From assembly GCF_036321535.1 (NCBI RefSeq), contig NC_087436.1:94118001-94182000 (forward strand): a DNA stretch of 64,000 bases, written 5' to 3'. This DNA is from Camelus dromedarius. Its lineage: Eukaryota. The translations under genes and the position numbers were made by a program. The stretch's first letter is position 1. Each line of letters begins with the position of its first letter. The notes under the pieces are model-generated. The model had not been told where the DNA came from. It saw only the letters and a list, made by a program, of their open reading frames with translations, and did not search any database. Below, piece by piece: positions 48,965 through 62,384 of the stretch.

Positions 48965-49340
48965 ATCTTAGAGTGTGGGTCCACCACCACAAAATATCAC
49001 AGACTGGTGGCTTCAACAACAGAAATTCACCTTCTCACAGTTCTGGAGGCCAGAAGTCTGAGATCAAGGTGGTAGACAAGGTTGGTTTCTTCTGAGGCCT
49101 CTCTACTTGGCTTATAGGCAGCTGTCTTCTCTCTGAGTCTTACCTGGGAGTATCTGTGTCCTAATTTCCTCTTCTTTGAGGATACCAGTCATATTGGATT
49201 AGAATCCACTCCATAAACTCACTTAACTATGTCTTTAAAGACCTTATCTTCAAATACAGTCACATTCTGAGGTACCAGGGGTTGGGATTTCAACATGGGA
49301 ATCGGCGGGGTAGGGGTGGGGGAACACAAGTCAGCCCATA
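48965..49340 (-). mobile_element. MLT1 (A/B-like) LTR
   Basis: acaaaatatcacagactggtggcttcaacaacagaaatt...cacagttctggaggccagaagtctgagatcaagg...cacattctgaggtacc. Confidence 0.8.
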
Positions 49341-49344
49341 GCGC

Positions 49345-50070
49345 CCCACATCCAACCTGTCAACAAATCCTGGCTTCTCCGCCTTCCAAACACACTTGGC
49401 ATCCAACCACCTCCCATGCCCTTCACCACCGTCACCCTGGTTCAGACCACTGCCAACTCCCAACAGCACCAGCGGGCTTGTCTCCTAGCAGCAAACACTG
49501 CCTCATGTCCCATTCTCCATGTAGGAGCCAGGTGATCATTTTAAAGCATACATCTGACCATGTCACTCCTCTGCTCAGCCCTACCCAGTGGACCTCATTT
49601 TGCTCAGAGTAAATCCTCAGCAGCAACTCCAAGGCCCCTGCGATTCCATCTCTAACACTCTCCCCTCGTTTACTGCACCCCAGCAGGCTGGCTTCTTTGC
49701 TGTTCCACAAACCTGACACCGCTCCTGCTCAGGGCCTTTGCTCCTTCTGTTCCCCTTCCTTACAGTGCCCTTGACCATGTCCTCCCAGTGCCCTCTCTCT
49801 CCTCCTTCTTGGCTCAGTTCAAATGCTACCTTATCAGAAGTTCCTTCCAAGACAACCGTGCACACAGCAACTCCACCACTCCACCCCAATCTGTCCGTCT
49901 TCCCTGCTTTACTGTCTCGTCCCACTGAGGACCATGTGCGTGTGCACTTGTGCTTGTTTATTGTCTGTCTCCCTACTAGAAATTAAGTTCCCTGAGAGTT
50001 GAGACTTGGCTTTGTTCTGTGCTGTACTCCTTGACACAGAGAAGATATTTATTGGCTGAATAAATGAATA
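49345..50070 (+). mobile_element. LINE-2 3' portion
   Basis: catctgaccatgtcactcctctgctc...ctcagttcaaatgctacc...atatttattggctgaataaatgaat. Confidence 0.75.
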
Positions 50071-50779
50071 ACACCCAGAATGAGAAAAGAAATCTAAGGA
50101 ATTAGAAAGCGGGGGAAAAGCCAGCTTTCAGACAAAGGAGTGTAGATATATTTCCTATGATTCATAAGCTGACTAGAATCATTTCAGCACTCATGGCTGG
50201 GGTGTTATGTACAGCCTCACAATGCTAGTCTACTGCGGTATTACATTTTAACCTGTATCAAAGCAAGTTCCTTAAGAATATGGATCGTGACTTCTAGCTC
50301 TTTGATATGTTGCCTGTGCCTTGTACGTAGTTCTAGATCAAAGGGAACAACTACCAGGAGGAGGGCAGGGGGCATCCTCCTCATGTCTCTGCTGACCTGA
50401 TACAACAGAAAGAATATAAAGACACAGGAGGAGTCCTGGGCCCGAGTCCAAATCCTGGGACCACCACTTACTCATTATGTGAGCTTAAGCAAGTCACATA
50501 ATTTCTTTGTGTCTCAGCTTTCTCATTTGTAAAAATGATAATTAGAATATTCACTTAAAAGGGTTATTGTGAGGATCAAAGAGAAAACATAAAGTGCCAA
50601 ACACATGCTTGGCATACAGCAGGCTTTCCATAAATGTTAATATGATTCCCCTGCTGAACCACATGGGCTCCAGCAGTCAGCAAAACCTCCCCTGATAAAA
50701 AGAGACCCATTTATGTTGCCAACAGAGGAGCCGAGTCCATGAAGAGCCCTGAGCAGGTGATAAGGGACGTACAGTTTTC

Positions 50780-51900
50780 TGGGTCAGGAGAAGAGCTGAC
50801 ACACGATCCAGGGTATCCTATGTGTCCGGGTAACTATCCGGGGACTGGCGGGCTCTGGTGTCTGCGCTTTGTCAGAGGTCGCACCCTCTTCTCCCTGAGA
50901 TCCCCTAGGGGATATATTTGAAAGCCATAGCCTTCTGGCCGCCTCTTATTTCTGGGGTCCGTCCTCACCATGTGCTGAGGAGCCCCATCCATGAGACCCT
51001 TTTGGCCTCTTTGCTAAGCCACTTGCTTCTTGGGCCTTTTTGGAAACTTTTCTTTGTTCTCGAGTTTCTGATCCTTTTTCACTCCAGTATGTTCTCAGCG
51101 CTGGCTTTACTTCCTCTTCTCGCAGCGGCTTGTGTGGTTCCTATTGCACAATATTTTCCTGCTGTTTGCAGTCACCATCTCTCTGATGATGACGCAGAGT
51201 TAGGTGAAGGACAAGCGGGGAGGAGGCAGGAGGGGACCCTTGCCTCTCGTGGACGGTAGCACGATACTTTCAGATCCCTAATCCCCACCGAGGGGAATGC
51301 GGGAACGCCGGGCCAAACTCCGACCCTTCCAGGCCATTTGGGGTACACTCCCACAGACCCGCGCCACCGCGAAGCAGCACGACCCCGCGGTCCCAGATCC
51401 TCACCTCTCCCACCCCCAGGCCCTGCCCTTTTCCTGGTAAACGGGGACTAGGGGGACGTATTAAATCGGGAGAGAAGCGAGAAGGGGCTTTTTCACAGGA
51501 GCAACGCCCTCCTCCACCTCCCATCCCCACTGCCCTCAGAGTCCAGCCTCATGGGCTCAGGCCCCCTCAGCAGAGAGCAGCCAGGTGTGAACCAGCGCTT
51601 GAGGCCCAGCTTCCGAGAAGCAGGCTTGGGAAGAAGGCGGAGGAAGGAGCGTGCGGAAAGGGCAAACAGAAGGCAAACAGAAGAAAAGTCCATCCCCAAG
51701 TTTTTCCCCAGGGCCACTTCAAAATTTTCTGTTCTCTCTATATTTTTCTTCCCTACCATTGCCCTTAATCGAGGATCCTTACACTTGACCAGAAAGAGAG
51801 GAGACGGGGAGAGACACAGGAAGGACAGGGAAACCATGGGTGGGCAAGGGGGGGGGGGGGCTGCATTCACTGAGCATGCGTGAACCCCGTCAGTGGCTAG
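50780..51900. promoter_or_regulatory. CpG/GC-rich non-repetitive segment (weak CpG island, candidate promoter or enhancer)
   Basis: Visibly elevated CpG density, especially 51240-51660 (cccgcgccaccgcgaagc, gaccccgcggtcc), against a CpG-depleted background. Confidence 0.5.
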
Positions 51901-51924
51901 GCCGTCAAATTCATGAGCTCTTTT

Positions 51925-52138
51925 CCGTGCCTTTTGGAGCCAAATGGGGGCTTGAGATAAAAATGGAAAATGGATAATATTGACGCTATATTTATGACTT
52001 TGATAATTTTGTTTATAATGAATTTTTTGCACTATTTTGACTGTTTAAATTACTGCATTAAAATGTTACCTATGTTTATCACTGAAGTTTTTCGCATCTC
52101 CATTCATTTGCGTTTGCCTCGGCCTAGTCCTGGCCTTG
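51925..52138 (-). mobile_element. MER96B-like hAT element
   Basis: Reverse complement begins caaggccaggactaggccgaggcaa and has an AT-rich body ending ...ggctccaaaaggcacgg. Confidence 0.6.
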
Positions 52139-53624
52139 GGTAGATTTAGCCCAGCTGATGGTGCTGGTCAGTTCACCTGGTTGATGGTTTCTTTAAGAAA
52201 GAAAGGCTAGAAGCTATAAAAATAATCTGAAAGTATTGAAGTCTTTTTTTTAATGCATAACTGCAATCCTACGAAAAGAATTGGAATAAAGAACGAAATT
52301 CACAAAAACAAACCTTTCTGACACAATTCAAATCCTTTATTTTCTAACAAAGCCGGTACTTCACCTTACCAGCCACCAGGTGTCTCTGTAAACTCCCTGC
52401 AGGTCCCTGCACAGGGCGTTGGAAGATAACGTCATAAGCGAAATCTGTGGTTTTTAACCAGCTCTAAAGAGATGGCACAAAAAACAGCTTGAAATGTTGA
52501 CAGCGTCACTTACCAAATCTACAGAGATCCATCCATTTCTGCAGGATTTCTGGCTAATAGCTAGAAATAAACTAAATGCTTATGATAATACAAACTACTA
52601 ACAGGTTTAAGCTATGTAGTAGATTATTAGTGTCTCCTAATCAATACACTTGCTAGAATGTTCCTGCGTTATTCTTTGCTCATTCCTTAGCCAGATCACT
52701 TTCTAACACAGCACAGTTTTTCAAGACCAAAACAAAATATTCCAGGAAGGTCTTAGAAGAACTAACTCTTCACCGGATTTGTAGGACTAGATTGCTCACT
52801 CCTTTTGGGCAGAGAATTTCGAAAACAGTATTCAAACTATTTGCTTATGTTTTAAAAATGCATGAAGTGCTATGGTCAAGGCCAGAAAGCAAAGCAGTGA
52901 AAGAGTTGTGCCATTCTTTAAAAATCAGTTTACTTAGGCGTGTTATCATCCTCTCCCTTCAACCACTCCACCTAACCTCAGAACCGGAATGTAATCACTC
53001 CAGTGAACAGAGTGTTTCCTCTGACCTTAATTTTTTTTTTTTTTTGACTTTATTCTGCAAATCAGCCCACCTCCATTCAACACCCTAGACGGACCATAGC
53101 GCCTTTCTCAAAGGGTCCAGGAAAATGACCCTTATGGGAAACCTCTGTGACGATGCTTCTTGGGCGGCAGGCATTTTTTCTTCATTTAATTACCATGAAT
53201 AATAAACACAACAGGAACAATGGCCAGTGTTTATGGAGTGCTTGCTACGTGCTTGTCAGTGTGATAAGAGAACCTGACAAATATTATGTCTTTGGAAGGC
53301 CTTTGCTCTGGGTTTCCATGACAGTCAAACTCTTGTTTTTCCCCCTAGATTTCTGGGCAACTTGTCCTCATCTACTTGCTCCTTCAATATTGGATTCTTC
53401 AGATTCAGCCCCAGACCCTCTTCTCTTGATCAATGTAGCAGAACATCTTAGCAGTTAAAGTCTCAAACTATAAGAAAAGAGGGGGAACAATAGTGGATTT
53501 CAAGAGGGTAAATGAACTGCATGACCTGAAGAGGAGAGCCGACCGCAGGCTTGGTGCCTCATCTCCAGGGAGATGAACTCTTCATATTAGAGCTTCTCAA
53601 CTTTAAAGTGCAGTCAAATCACAG

Positions 53625-54035
53625 GGTAGAAGGACGTGGCTGGGCTGCACCTCCCAGGCCTACAAAGCCTGTACTGGCCCAGCTTCAAGACCAAAGAAAG
53701 AGCCCAGAGTCAGTGACAGAGACATCAGGGGTTTAACGGATAGGGGGGCTTACATGTCTGAAGCCAGGTCTTAGAGCGACTCCCCACTGAGTCCAGCAGG
53801 ACATGGCGGCCGGCTTCGCTGCCAGGGTGCAGGGGGAGGTTAACAGTTATAGGGGGAATTGATGTCAGGTTGGCTCATTGGTTACCAGGGAAACCAGCAG
53901 AGGGGCACGCCCCTCACCGCCCCTTGATGAGAACAATCAGTAGCTGGGGCAGGGGCGAGCATCTAGGAAGGCCAGTCCTGTGAGCAGGGTACGGTTGAGC
54001 CGGGAATCAGCCACCTTGAGTGGCCTGACCGCACA
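53625..54035 (-). mobile_element. Probable young ERV solo LTR inserted in a MER5-type element
   Basis: GC/CpG-rich 410-bp block starting tgtgcggtcaggcc on the minus strand, flanked on both sides by MER5-like halves (ttctcaactttaaagtgc...; ttgttaaaatgcagg...tttgagtagcaagg). Confidence 0.55.
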
Positions 54036-56199
54036 GATGTTTTGTTAAAATGCAGGTTCTGAGCCTGCTGGTCTGAAGTGAGATTCTTCGTCCGTATGTT
54101 GCTGATGCTGCTGGTCCATGAATCCCATTTTGAGTAGCAAGGCTCTAGATGATGCTATTATAATGAGGTATTAAAAAAGCATATCTAAGTTGCCAGTTAC
54201 AACAGCAGACCAGATCAATCTATTATAATGGCTGAACTGTGGGATGGGAAATACAAATTGTGAAAATGTTAAAGAATACATGCTTCTGGTTTCCAAAACT
54301 CAAAGTCTATTTGAACTTAAAAAGGAACTTAAAAGTTCTATGACATCAGAAATGAGCCTTGATTGTTTTTAAAAAGGCTCAACCTAAAGACTAATTTTGC
54401 ATATTTGAATTGCTAGGTCCAGTTTCCTGACCAAGAATCAATCATCTGACAATTCATGATCTGCCAATTTGGCTTGTATGAATTTTTTTTGGTATGGGGG
54501 GGTGATGTGAATGATTATTGCAACCACAAATTGATACAGAAATAGAAATTCCAGGAAGGTATAAATTAAAAAAATAAGAATTAAAATATGGCTGACAATG
54601 GAGATTATGAACAAACAGCCTTAAATCCATGATAGCAACAATTTAAAAATAAATTTTACACAATAATTTCTGTAACCATTGCAATAATTAGTGTGTGTTT
54701 TGTCAGTTTTCAAGGCGTTTGATGCATTTATGAAAATCCAATGAGTTCATGTTGTGATTTTAATTAAGTGGTTAGAAGAACTCAATTTGGGCTTGCAGTC
54801 AATGCTTAAATGTTTGGGGACAATTATTTCCTTAAAATTGTAAGCTTTGCTTTATTAGTTATATATGTCCTACAGAGAGAGAAATACTGATTTTTGACGA
54901 TTTAAAAGAATGCTAATTGCATAATATATTTACGACACTCTTTGACTGTATCAGACACTTCGAGTTCTCTGCCAAGCAAGACTTCTGCAAAGCCTTTTTC
55001 CTAGAAAGCACTGCCCCCATTTCACATGTCTGTTTGTGTCTGGGTGCACTTAATGACTCTTACCCTCACTGTGAACTCCACACCACTGTAATCCTCAGAG
55101 CCCTACAAAGTTATTAGCATTATCCCACAAACAGATGAGGAAGGAGGCTTGTAGTGTTTTAAGTAACATGTCCAAGTGGCAGAGCTGGGATAGAACCAAG
55201 GTCTGTCTTACTCATGAGCCCGTGATCATTACTGTTACACTGAATTTAACAGACAATGCTCTCTAACGCTGAACAGTAATGCTCCTCAGGGAGCCAGCTG
55301 TGGTCTGCAAACACAAAGTCACACGATTACAGGAACTCCCAGAGCTCTCCCCGAAAAGAAGATTTGGGACAAATCAATGAACACTGCTTCCCTGAAGACC
55401 AGTCATGGAAGAACACAATGAAAATATACACCTAAAATGCAGCCTTAATATAAAGTATGCCACTTGCCTTTTACAAAATCCATGCACTGATAAGAAATTG
55501 AAGGCCCTACAGAGTGACATTTCCTCTTTTTCACATGGAAAGGCAGCATAACACAAGGAGTTAATTGTTGCTTACATTTGTCTAGGTTCAAATCTGAGAA
55601 CTGCTACTTTTTAGCTGAGTGGCCTTGGGTAAGTCACTCAAACTCCCTGTGTTCAGTTTACTCATCTCCAAAGGAGGCCTAATAAAGGATCTACCATGAG
55701 GTTGCTCTGAAGATTGAATGAGTTTAAAACTGTGAATGGATCTCTAAAAGTCGGTAGCAAACATTACTGCGTGTCAGATAATCTGTTATAGACACCCCAG
55801 TTAGTTGAGGAATTAGTACTTGAACTCAGGATAGTAGACTCAGCACCTCTGCTCCAGATCAGATCTCTGCCTTATCCATCTCAGCCAGGCCTTGCTAACA
55901 TTTGTATCTGCAGGCACGAGATGCCCTCCCTGTGCCCTCTTCCTTGCTTCCATTGCTGCATTTCTTTTCACTGTGTAACTGAAATCCCCAACTGCAGAGA
56001 AGGTCTATTTATAGCTGGAAAAAATTAGTGTTATTTAGCCTGAGCTTTTCTGCAACCATCAGTCCATTACTGTAAGAGCATCTGCATTTGCATTGCAACA
56101 TCGTTCTGTTTTCCCAGTGCCCTGTAATCATTAATTAGCTACTCAAAACAATGTTTATTGAATGTGTACAGAGAGAAAAGCCTGATCTGGCCTTCTCCC

Positions 56200-57140
56200 A
56201 TCAGAAATCTGCCTTTTTCTGGAGCTCAGACTTCTACATACCAACCGCTTACTAGGTAGCTCTACCTCAATGTCCCACGTGCGATTTAGACAAGGCCAAA
56301 ATTCAACTCACCCACCCCTCACCTCACCTTCTCCCCAACCCCGCCCTCCACCATGTGCTCCTGATTTTGCTGGATGAGGACACCGTCTCCCTCTCCCCAT
56401 GCCCAAAATGGGAGTTGTCCTAGACTCTCCCTACAAACCCCCTCAGCCCATTCATCATTCCCATCAGCTAAGGTCATGTGGCCCCTCTTGTCTCTCCTGA
56501 CACAGGACAGGGAGCATGGCCTGGGCTACTCTGATGGCCCACCGCGGAGCTGGTCCCTCCACTTCGGGCTCGTCCTCCTCCACACTGTCATCACGTAGAC
56601 ATCTGACATCTGACTGAGTTACACTCCCTCATCGTCTGAATCCTTCCATGTTCCCCCGTCATCCATAGGATGGAGCCCCGCCCTAAGCAGATGAGGACCT
56701 TCATATTCTCAGCAGTGTCTTCCCCACCATTCTCATCTCTGGCCGTCCACCCGTCATGTCGCTAACAAGTGGATTTCCTGCTCTCCTTTCTGTCCCCTTG
56801 CTGCCGTGTTGCTTCATGCTCCTTGTTGTCCACGTTGTTCCTCAGCCTGGAACACGCATCCCACCTTACCCAACCAGTAAATAACTTCTCCTCTTTCTAG
56901 ACTCACTTTGAGGGTCACCTAATCAACGGAGCTTTTTCCAACCTCCCCGGGCAGAATTCTGTACCTCCTCCTCTGTGTTCTTGAGGTTTCTCATATGTGC
57001 TTCTATTATCATGTGGGTCCAGTTGTTTGTTTATGTTTGTCCCCCTAGCCAGACTGAGCACCTCCCAAATGCCCTACTTGTCACCATATTCCCAGTGTCT
57101 GGTATACAAGAGGCGCCCCTAGTAAATGTTCGTGAAATAT
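56200..57140 (+). mobile_element. Decayed LINE-2
   Basis: tctggagctcagac...ctctacctcaatgtccc...gagttacactccc...gtaaatgttcgtgaaat. Confidence 0.65.
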
Positions 57141-58673
57141 ATGATTGGAGTGGCCAGAGCCTGTCAGGAGATCGACACCCTCCCAGATTGCACTTCCCCC
57201 CAGCAGTTCTGGCCTGCTCCCCCTGAGGACTGGCACTGTCTGATACCCACTGTGGGAGGATGGTTGAGTGCTTTGGGTCTTAACTTGACTGTGAACATCC
57301 TTGGGCCAAGCATGGCTCCCTGGAGGGTAGCCGTAAGAGGAAGATGAAACAAACCCGGATGTAAATGCAGCTGGTGGAGAAGCCAGCTCCTTATTCCTAG
57401 GTCCATCAACGTCCCAGATTGTCAGAGCAGAACCCTGTGTTTGTCCTGGGAACCAACAGATTCCAATTAGAACAGAAGAAGCTAAGTGAATTTAGATTCC
57501 ACCTCTGACCCAAATCCAGTGTTGTAACAGCTCAGCTATGTATGTGCTCAAGATTCTAAGCTCTAGGAGAAGGACATCTGGATAAATTTATCTTAGGTTG
57601 CAGACCCCTCAGTGGGGGGTTAAAATCACTTAATTAAGTGTTTTTGATGAGAATAAATGTTCTCAGATAAAAATTAAAATTGTTTGCTAGTTTCCTAGTA
57701 CAAACAGGCCCTGGGAGGTATGTTCTGATCAGAACTCTGCTGTTCAATTCACTCTTCCTGCAAATATTTACTGAAAGCTGGGCAGAGAGTTTACAGAGGA
57801 ATTAAAGTATCCTTTCCTTCAAGATGCTTGTGGGCTATTTGGAGAAAAAGACAAACTTCTAAGAAAAATTTAATAATAGTAAGAGAGTTAAACAAGTAAT
57901 ATAAGAAGAACAAGACTTTCAGGGGTGACTCACTGCCAAATGAGAAGTTCAGAGAAGGGAGAAGACGTTGGCCCCCAGGGTGGACTGACAGTGGGGCTCT
58001 CACCTGACAGGTTGCACCGGCAAGACAAAGGGCTTGGGGTAGCAGGAGGCGGCATCTTGGTAGAAAGAAAAGAGCAGATTCTTTGGAATTTGGAGTTTGA
58101 GTTTCTGTTCTGCTACTTATTAGCTAGATATTATGGGCATATTTGAACCTCTCTGTACCTCGGTTTCCTCATCAGAAAAACAGGGACAATGTGATCTACC
58201 TCGTGGGCTCCATACAGCAGTTTAGACCACCAACATTTAGCACAAAGACATGTGCTAAGCCCTGGAGTACAAAGATGGAAAGAGAAGGGTCTTGCTCTCA
58301 AGGACTACCACGTGAGGAGAGGTCAGTAAATATTAGTCCCCCTCTTCTTTACCCTCCAGGCATCTGTCACTTTAAAGGAGAGGCGGCCGGGTCCAGTGGA
58401 CCACGATTAGGTGGAATTCAGGACATGTGTTCACAAGTTTGGAGACAGAGTAAGCTCTTTACTTAACATCCTGCCCTCTGGTCCCACCTTCTACTAGGAA
58501 GTGGATCTGTACCTCCTGAGGCCAGAGCTCCTGATTTGCAGCTTCCCCTTTGAGCTTTGATGAAGTTTGTAGGGAGCCAAGATCAAAGACAGTAACCCTG
58601 AGTCAACTGCTATCATTACCCGAAATGCCTGCGGTTTACTCCCTCACTTAATTTTTGTTATTAGAAAAGACAA

Positions 58674-58687
58674 CCACGAGGGGGCGC
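58674..58687 (+). promoter_or_regulatory. Candidate CTCF binding site
   Basis: CCACGAGGGGGCGC closely matches the CTCF core consensus CCASYAGRKGGCRS, in non-repetitive DNA with CpGs retained. Confidence 0.55.
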
Positions 58688-60489
58688 AGGAGCGAGAAGC
58701 TGAGAACCAACCCCGTTTATCAGGCAGAACGCCTTTTGTTTTCTTGCCGAAAAATATACATTGTGGGCTGAGAACAATACCTTCTGCACCTTCTGCAAAC
58801 TCTTTGTAAAGAACATGGCTCTCTTGAGGCTAAAAAGCATTCTTAACTCAGCCCACCCTCCACAGCCCATCAGGCTGGGCGAAGGGTTTCTCAGCTCTGA
58901 CTCCATTTTTCAGTGTTTCCTCCTGATTAAAAGCCCCTTGGCTCAGCAGGATTGTCTATAACGATAGTAAATGGCTCACATGATGATGAGGCAATCTTTT
59001 CACATCTTGAGCTGCAAACCATCCTGTAAAGCCTCACCACTGTCAGAATCCACAGCCCTGGATTCTCAGGAAAGCCATCCACCTGGGTTATTGGTTTGGG
59101 CTCTTATTCCCCACCCCCAACCCTAACCTGTTTCCCACACTATTTACAGAGACTTGAATAGTTATCATACGCTCTCTATCTATGTCAATCCTCATTAAAA
59201 TCAAGCACTTCTTTGTCAGAAAACAAAAAATCTCGGATCCCTATGTGTCTCTGAGGTCACAGTAGCTCAAGTCCCCATGACAAAGCTTGTTTTTTCCTTG
59301 CAGGAGTCTGCTTTCACAAGGGTTCATCTCTTACGTTTTCTTTGAGACACTCACACACACTCCAGCAACAATGGAAAGGAACATGATTTCCCAAGCAGGT
59401 TGCCTAGAAACCACTCCTGTGTTTCTGAAACTAATTTAAACATGAAAATTCAGTTCCTGACTCATGCCAGGAATGCTTGTAATGGTTTTCTCAGTATTTT
59501 ACTTTCTTTTTCTTTCACATTACAAAATAATGCATGCTCATTGCACAACAATTGAAAAGAGTATAAAAACATAAATGTCCAAAAAGAGAAAAATCCTCCA
59601 TAATCTTACCGTCAAAGGCAACTACTGTTGTCATTTGGGAACATTTACTTCCAGGCTTCCCACCCCCCATGCATTTTTAACATCATTGATATTAATACTG
59701 AATTTACATAGATCTTGCTTTTTCCACTTAGCATAATGTTAGCATTTCCCCATTTGGCTAAAATTTTCAGAAAAAGGATTTTTTTTTTTTTAATGGCTGC
59801 ATTATATTACAGTCCATTTTCCATTATTTACTTAACCATTCTCTTCATGCTAAACATTTAGGTTATTTCCAATCTTGCACCATTTTAATAAATGTTGCCA
59901 TGATCATCTTAGTACAAAACATTTACTATATACTTCCTGAGGGTAAAAATCATAAAAGGAGTTTCCAAAAGCCTGAACATTTAAAGACCTTTTTTAAAAA
60001 TATTGAACTGTTGATGATTTTAAAAATTTTAACAGTACATTAAAATGTAAATTTTCTTCTCTCTTATATCTAGTACCGCTTCCTAGAGGTAACCACTGCT
60101 ACTAGAAATTTTCTATGAATATAAAAGAACATATATATAGTTTGTTTATTTGACACAATATTTGTTCTACCACTTTTTTTTTCACTTATTGCATCTTGGA
60201 CATCATCCTACATCAATCTAAATTGATCCGTTCTTTTTGGAGTTGTGCGATATTCCATTAGATGATGTACTGTCACGTATTTGCCATGGGCAGAACGTCT
60301 TAATGCACTGGCTGCGTCTAAGAAGCAGTGCTGCTTAATGCCCTGCTGGGCTCCCAGCAGCGGGTCGGAACCGACACAGCTCCATTCACATCACACCTTT
60401 GCCGGGAGAGGGAACAGATGGTGGCAAAGCTAACAGCTTTACCTCTGAAATTAGTCAGTATTATGGTCTATAGGGGCTGTTAAACTTTT

Positions 60490-61435
60490 CCTTTTCTGTT
60501 CTTTTTTTTTTTAGCCTAAAGTTTGTACCCTTTTAACTAATCTCTCCCCTATTTTCCCTACTCCCCAGCCCCCAGCACCCAGTTCTACCCTCTGTTTCTG
60601 AGCTCAACTTTATCTGATTCTATATGTAAGCAATACCATATGATACATGTCCTTCACTGTCTGACTTATTTCACTTAGCATAATGCCTTCCATTCATTCA
60701 TATGAATCCAGAAATAGCAAGATTTCCTTCTTTTTAAAGGCTGAATAATATTCATCTATATATTATCTATATATCACATTTTCTTTATCCACTCATCCAT
60801 CCAACAGACATTTAGGTCGTTTCCATAGGTTGGCTATTGTGAATAAGACTGCAACAAACATGGGAATATGGATGTCTCTTCAAGATAATGATTTTGTTTC
60901 CTTAGGATATATACCCAGAATGGGATTGCTGAATCATACAGTAGTTGTATTTTGAATTTCTTGAGGAACCTCTATGCTGTTTTCCAAAGCAGCTGTACCA
61001 GTTTATATTTCTACCAGTAGTGCACAAGGGTTTCCTTTTCTCCACATCCTCACCAGCATTTGTAATCTGTTGCCTTTTTGATAACAACATCCGAACAGGT
61101 GTGAAGCAATATCTCATTGTGGTTTTGATTTGTAGTTCCCTAATGGTAAGTGATGTTGAGCACATTTTTCATGTACCTGTTGGCTATTTGTATGTCTTCT
61201 TAGAAAAATGTTTATTCAGGTCCTTTGCCCATTTTTAAATTGGATTACTTGTTTTTTTACTGTTAAGTTGTATGAGGGTTTTTTGTATATTTTGGATGTT
61301 AACCTCTTATCAGATAGTCAGTTTGCAAAATTTTTTTCCCATTCCATAGGTTGCCTTTTAATTTTATTGATGGTTTCTTTTGCTGTGCAGATGCTTCTTA
61401 TTTTGATATAGTCCCACTTGTTTATTTTTGATTTT
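60490..61435 (-). mobile_element. L1MA-like 5'-truncated LINE-1
   Basis: Minus-strand ORF remnant IRELQIKTTMRYCFTPVRM; T-rich tail at about 60490-60512. Confidence 0.85.
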
Positions 61436-62384
61436 TTTATCTCCAAACTCTTCTGATCTCCCACACCTGATGATTAAAATTTTGAGCATGTACCCCCTGC
61501 CATTCAGGTATGTTTGTTTATTTACAGATATATACCTGTATATTTTATTAACATAGTATTATTTATATCATAGAACATACACTAAAATGGACATTTTAAT
61601 GGATTAAGTTAAATTTATTTATTTATGTCTATAATAACAAAATTGTATATGATAAATAATAATAAAAGCATTGTACTCTTTTGATAAGAGCAATGTGATT
61701 GAATATGCTTCATTATATTTAAAATATTAGTTTAACATCTTCTATTACAGATATTCTGGGGTTCAGCTTATTTCGGTGGTTGAGTTTAAGGGCTGTCATT
61801 GCAGGAAGAGAGCCATCACAAAGATCTCAACAGAAGAAGAGAGTTGCCGGCCCCACTTAGAGTGCTGCTCACCAAAAATGCAAAGTTGTTTCGGAAACAA
61901 TGTTGTGCCAGCATTATTAAGTTTATCTTTGATTCATAGTTACTGTGGAGAAATCTAATTTTAAAGCTACTTGTCCATTTTATACGTTTTCGCTTAATTA
62001 AAGTCAAATAATACATTCCATAAATCCACCTAATCAGGCACTCATCCGCTTCAAACCTGCTCCTCCCACCATCTTCCCGTCTCAGTTACTGTCAACTCCA
62101 TCCCCGCGGGGGATCAAGCCAGAAACCTTGTGTCTCTCCCTTACGTCCTTTCCTTCCCTTGACTCCACCTGGGAGTCATCAGGAATCCTGTTAGCTCTAC
62201 CTTCAGGACAAAGCCGGAGCTCAAGGACTTCCGGTCCTCTCTCCGGTTGTCCAGCTCTAAGCCACCATCTTCTCTCGCCTACAGGTCATTGCAGTGACAC
62301 CCTAACCCCTTGCCCTACTTCTGCCCTTTCCCCTCCAGACCCTGCATCACAGCAGCATGTGTGAGCCTTTTAAAGATTGTGTGT

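Noticed and set aside
51493..52032. 179-aa and overlapping 110-aa ORFs
   Set aside because: GC-rich low-complexity frames partly inside a MER96B-like element; no recognisable protein or splice structure.
56079..56140. E-box + octamer + TAATTAAT cluster as a hair-cell enhancer
   Set aside because: Short motifs partly within what looks like an L2 3' remnant; not distinguishable from chance without conservation data.
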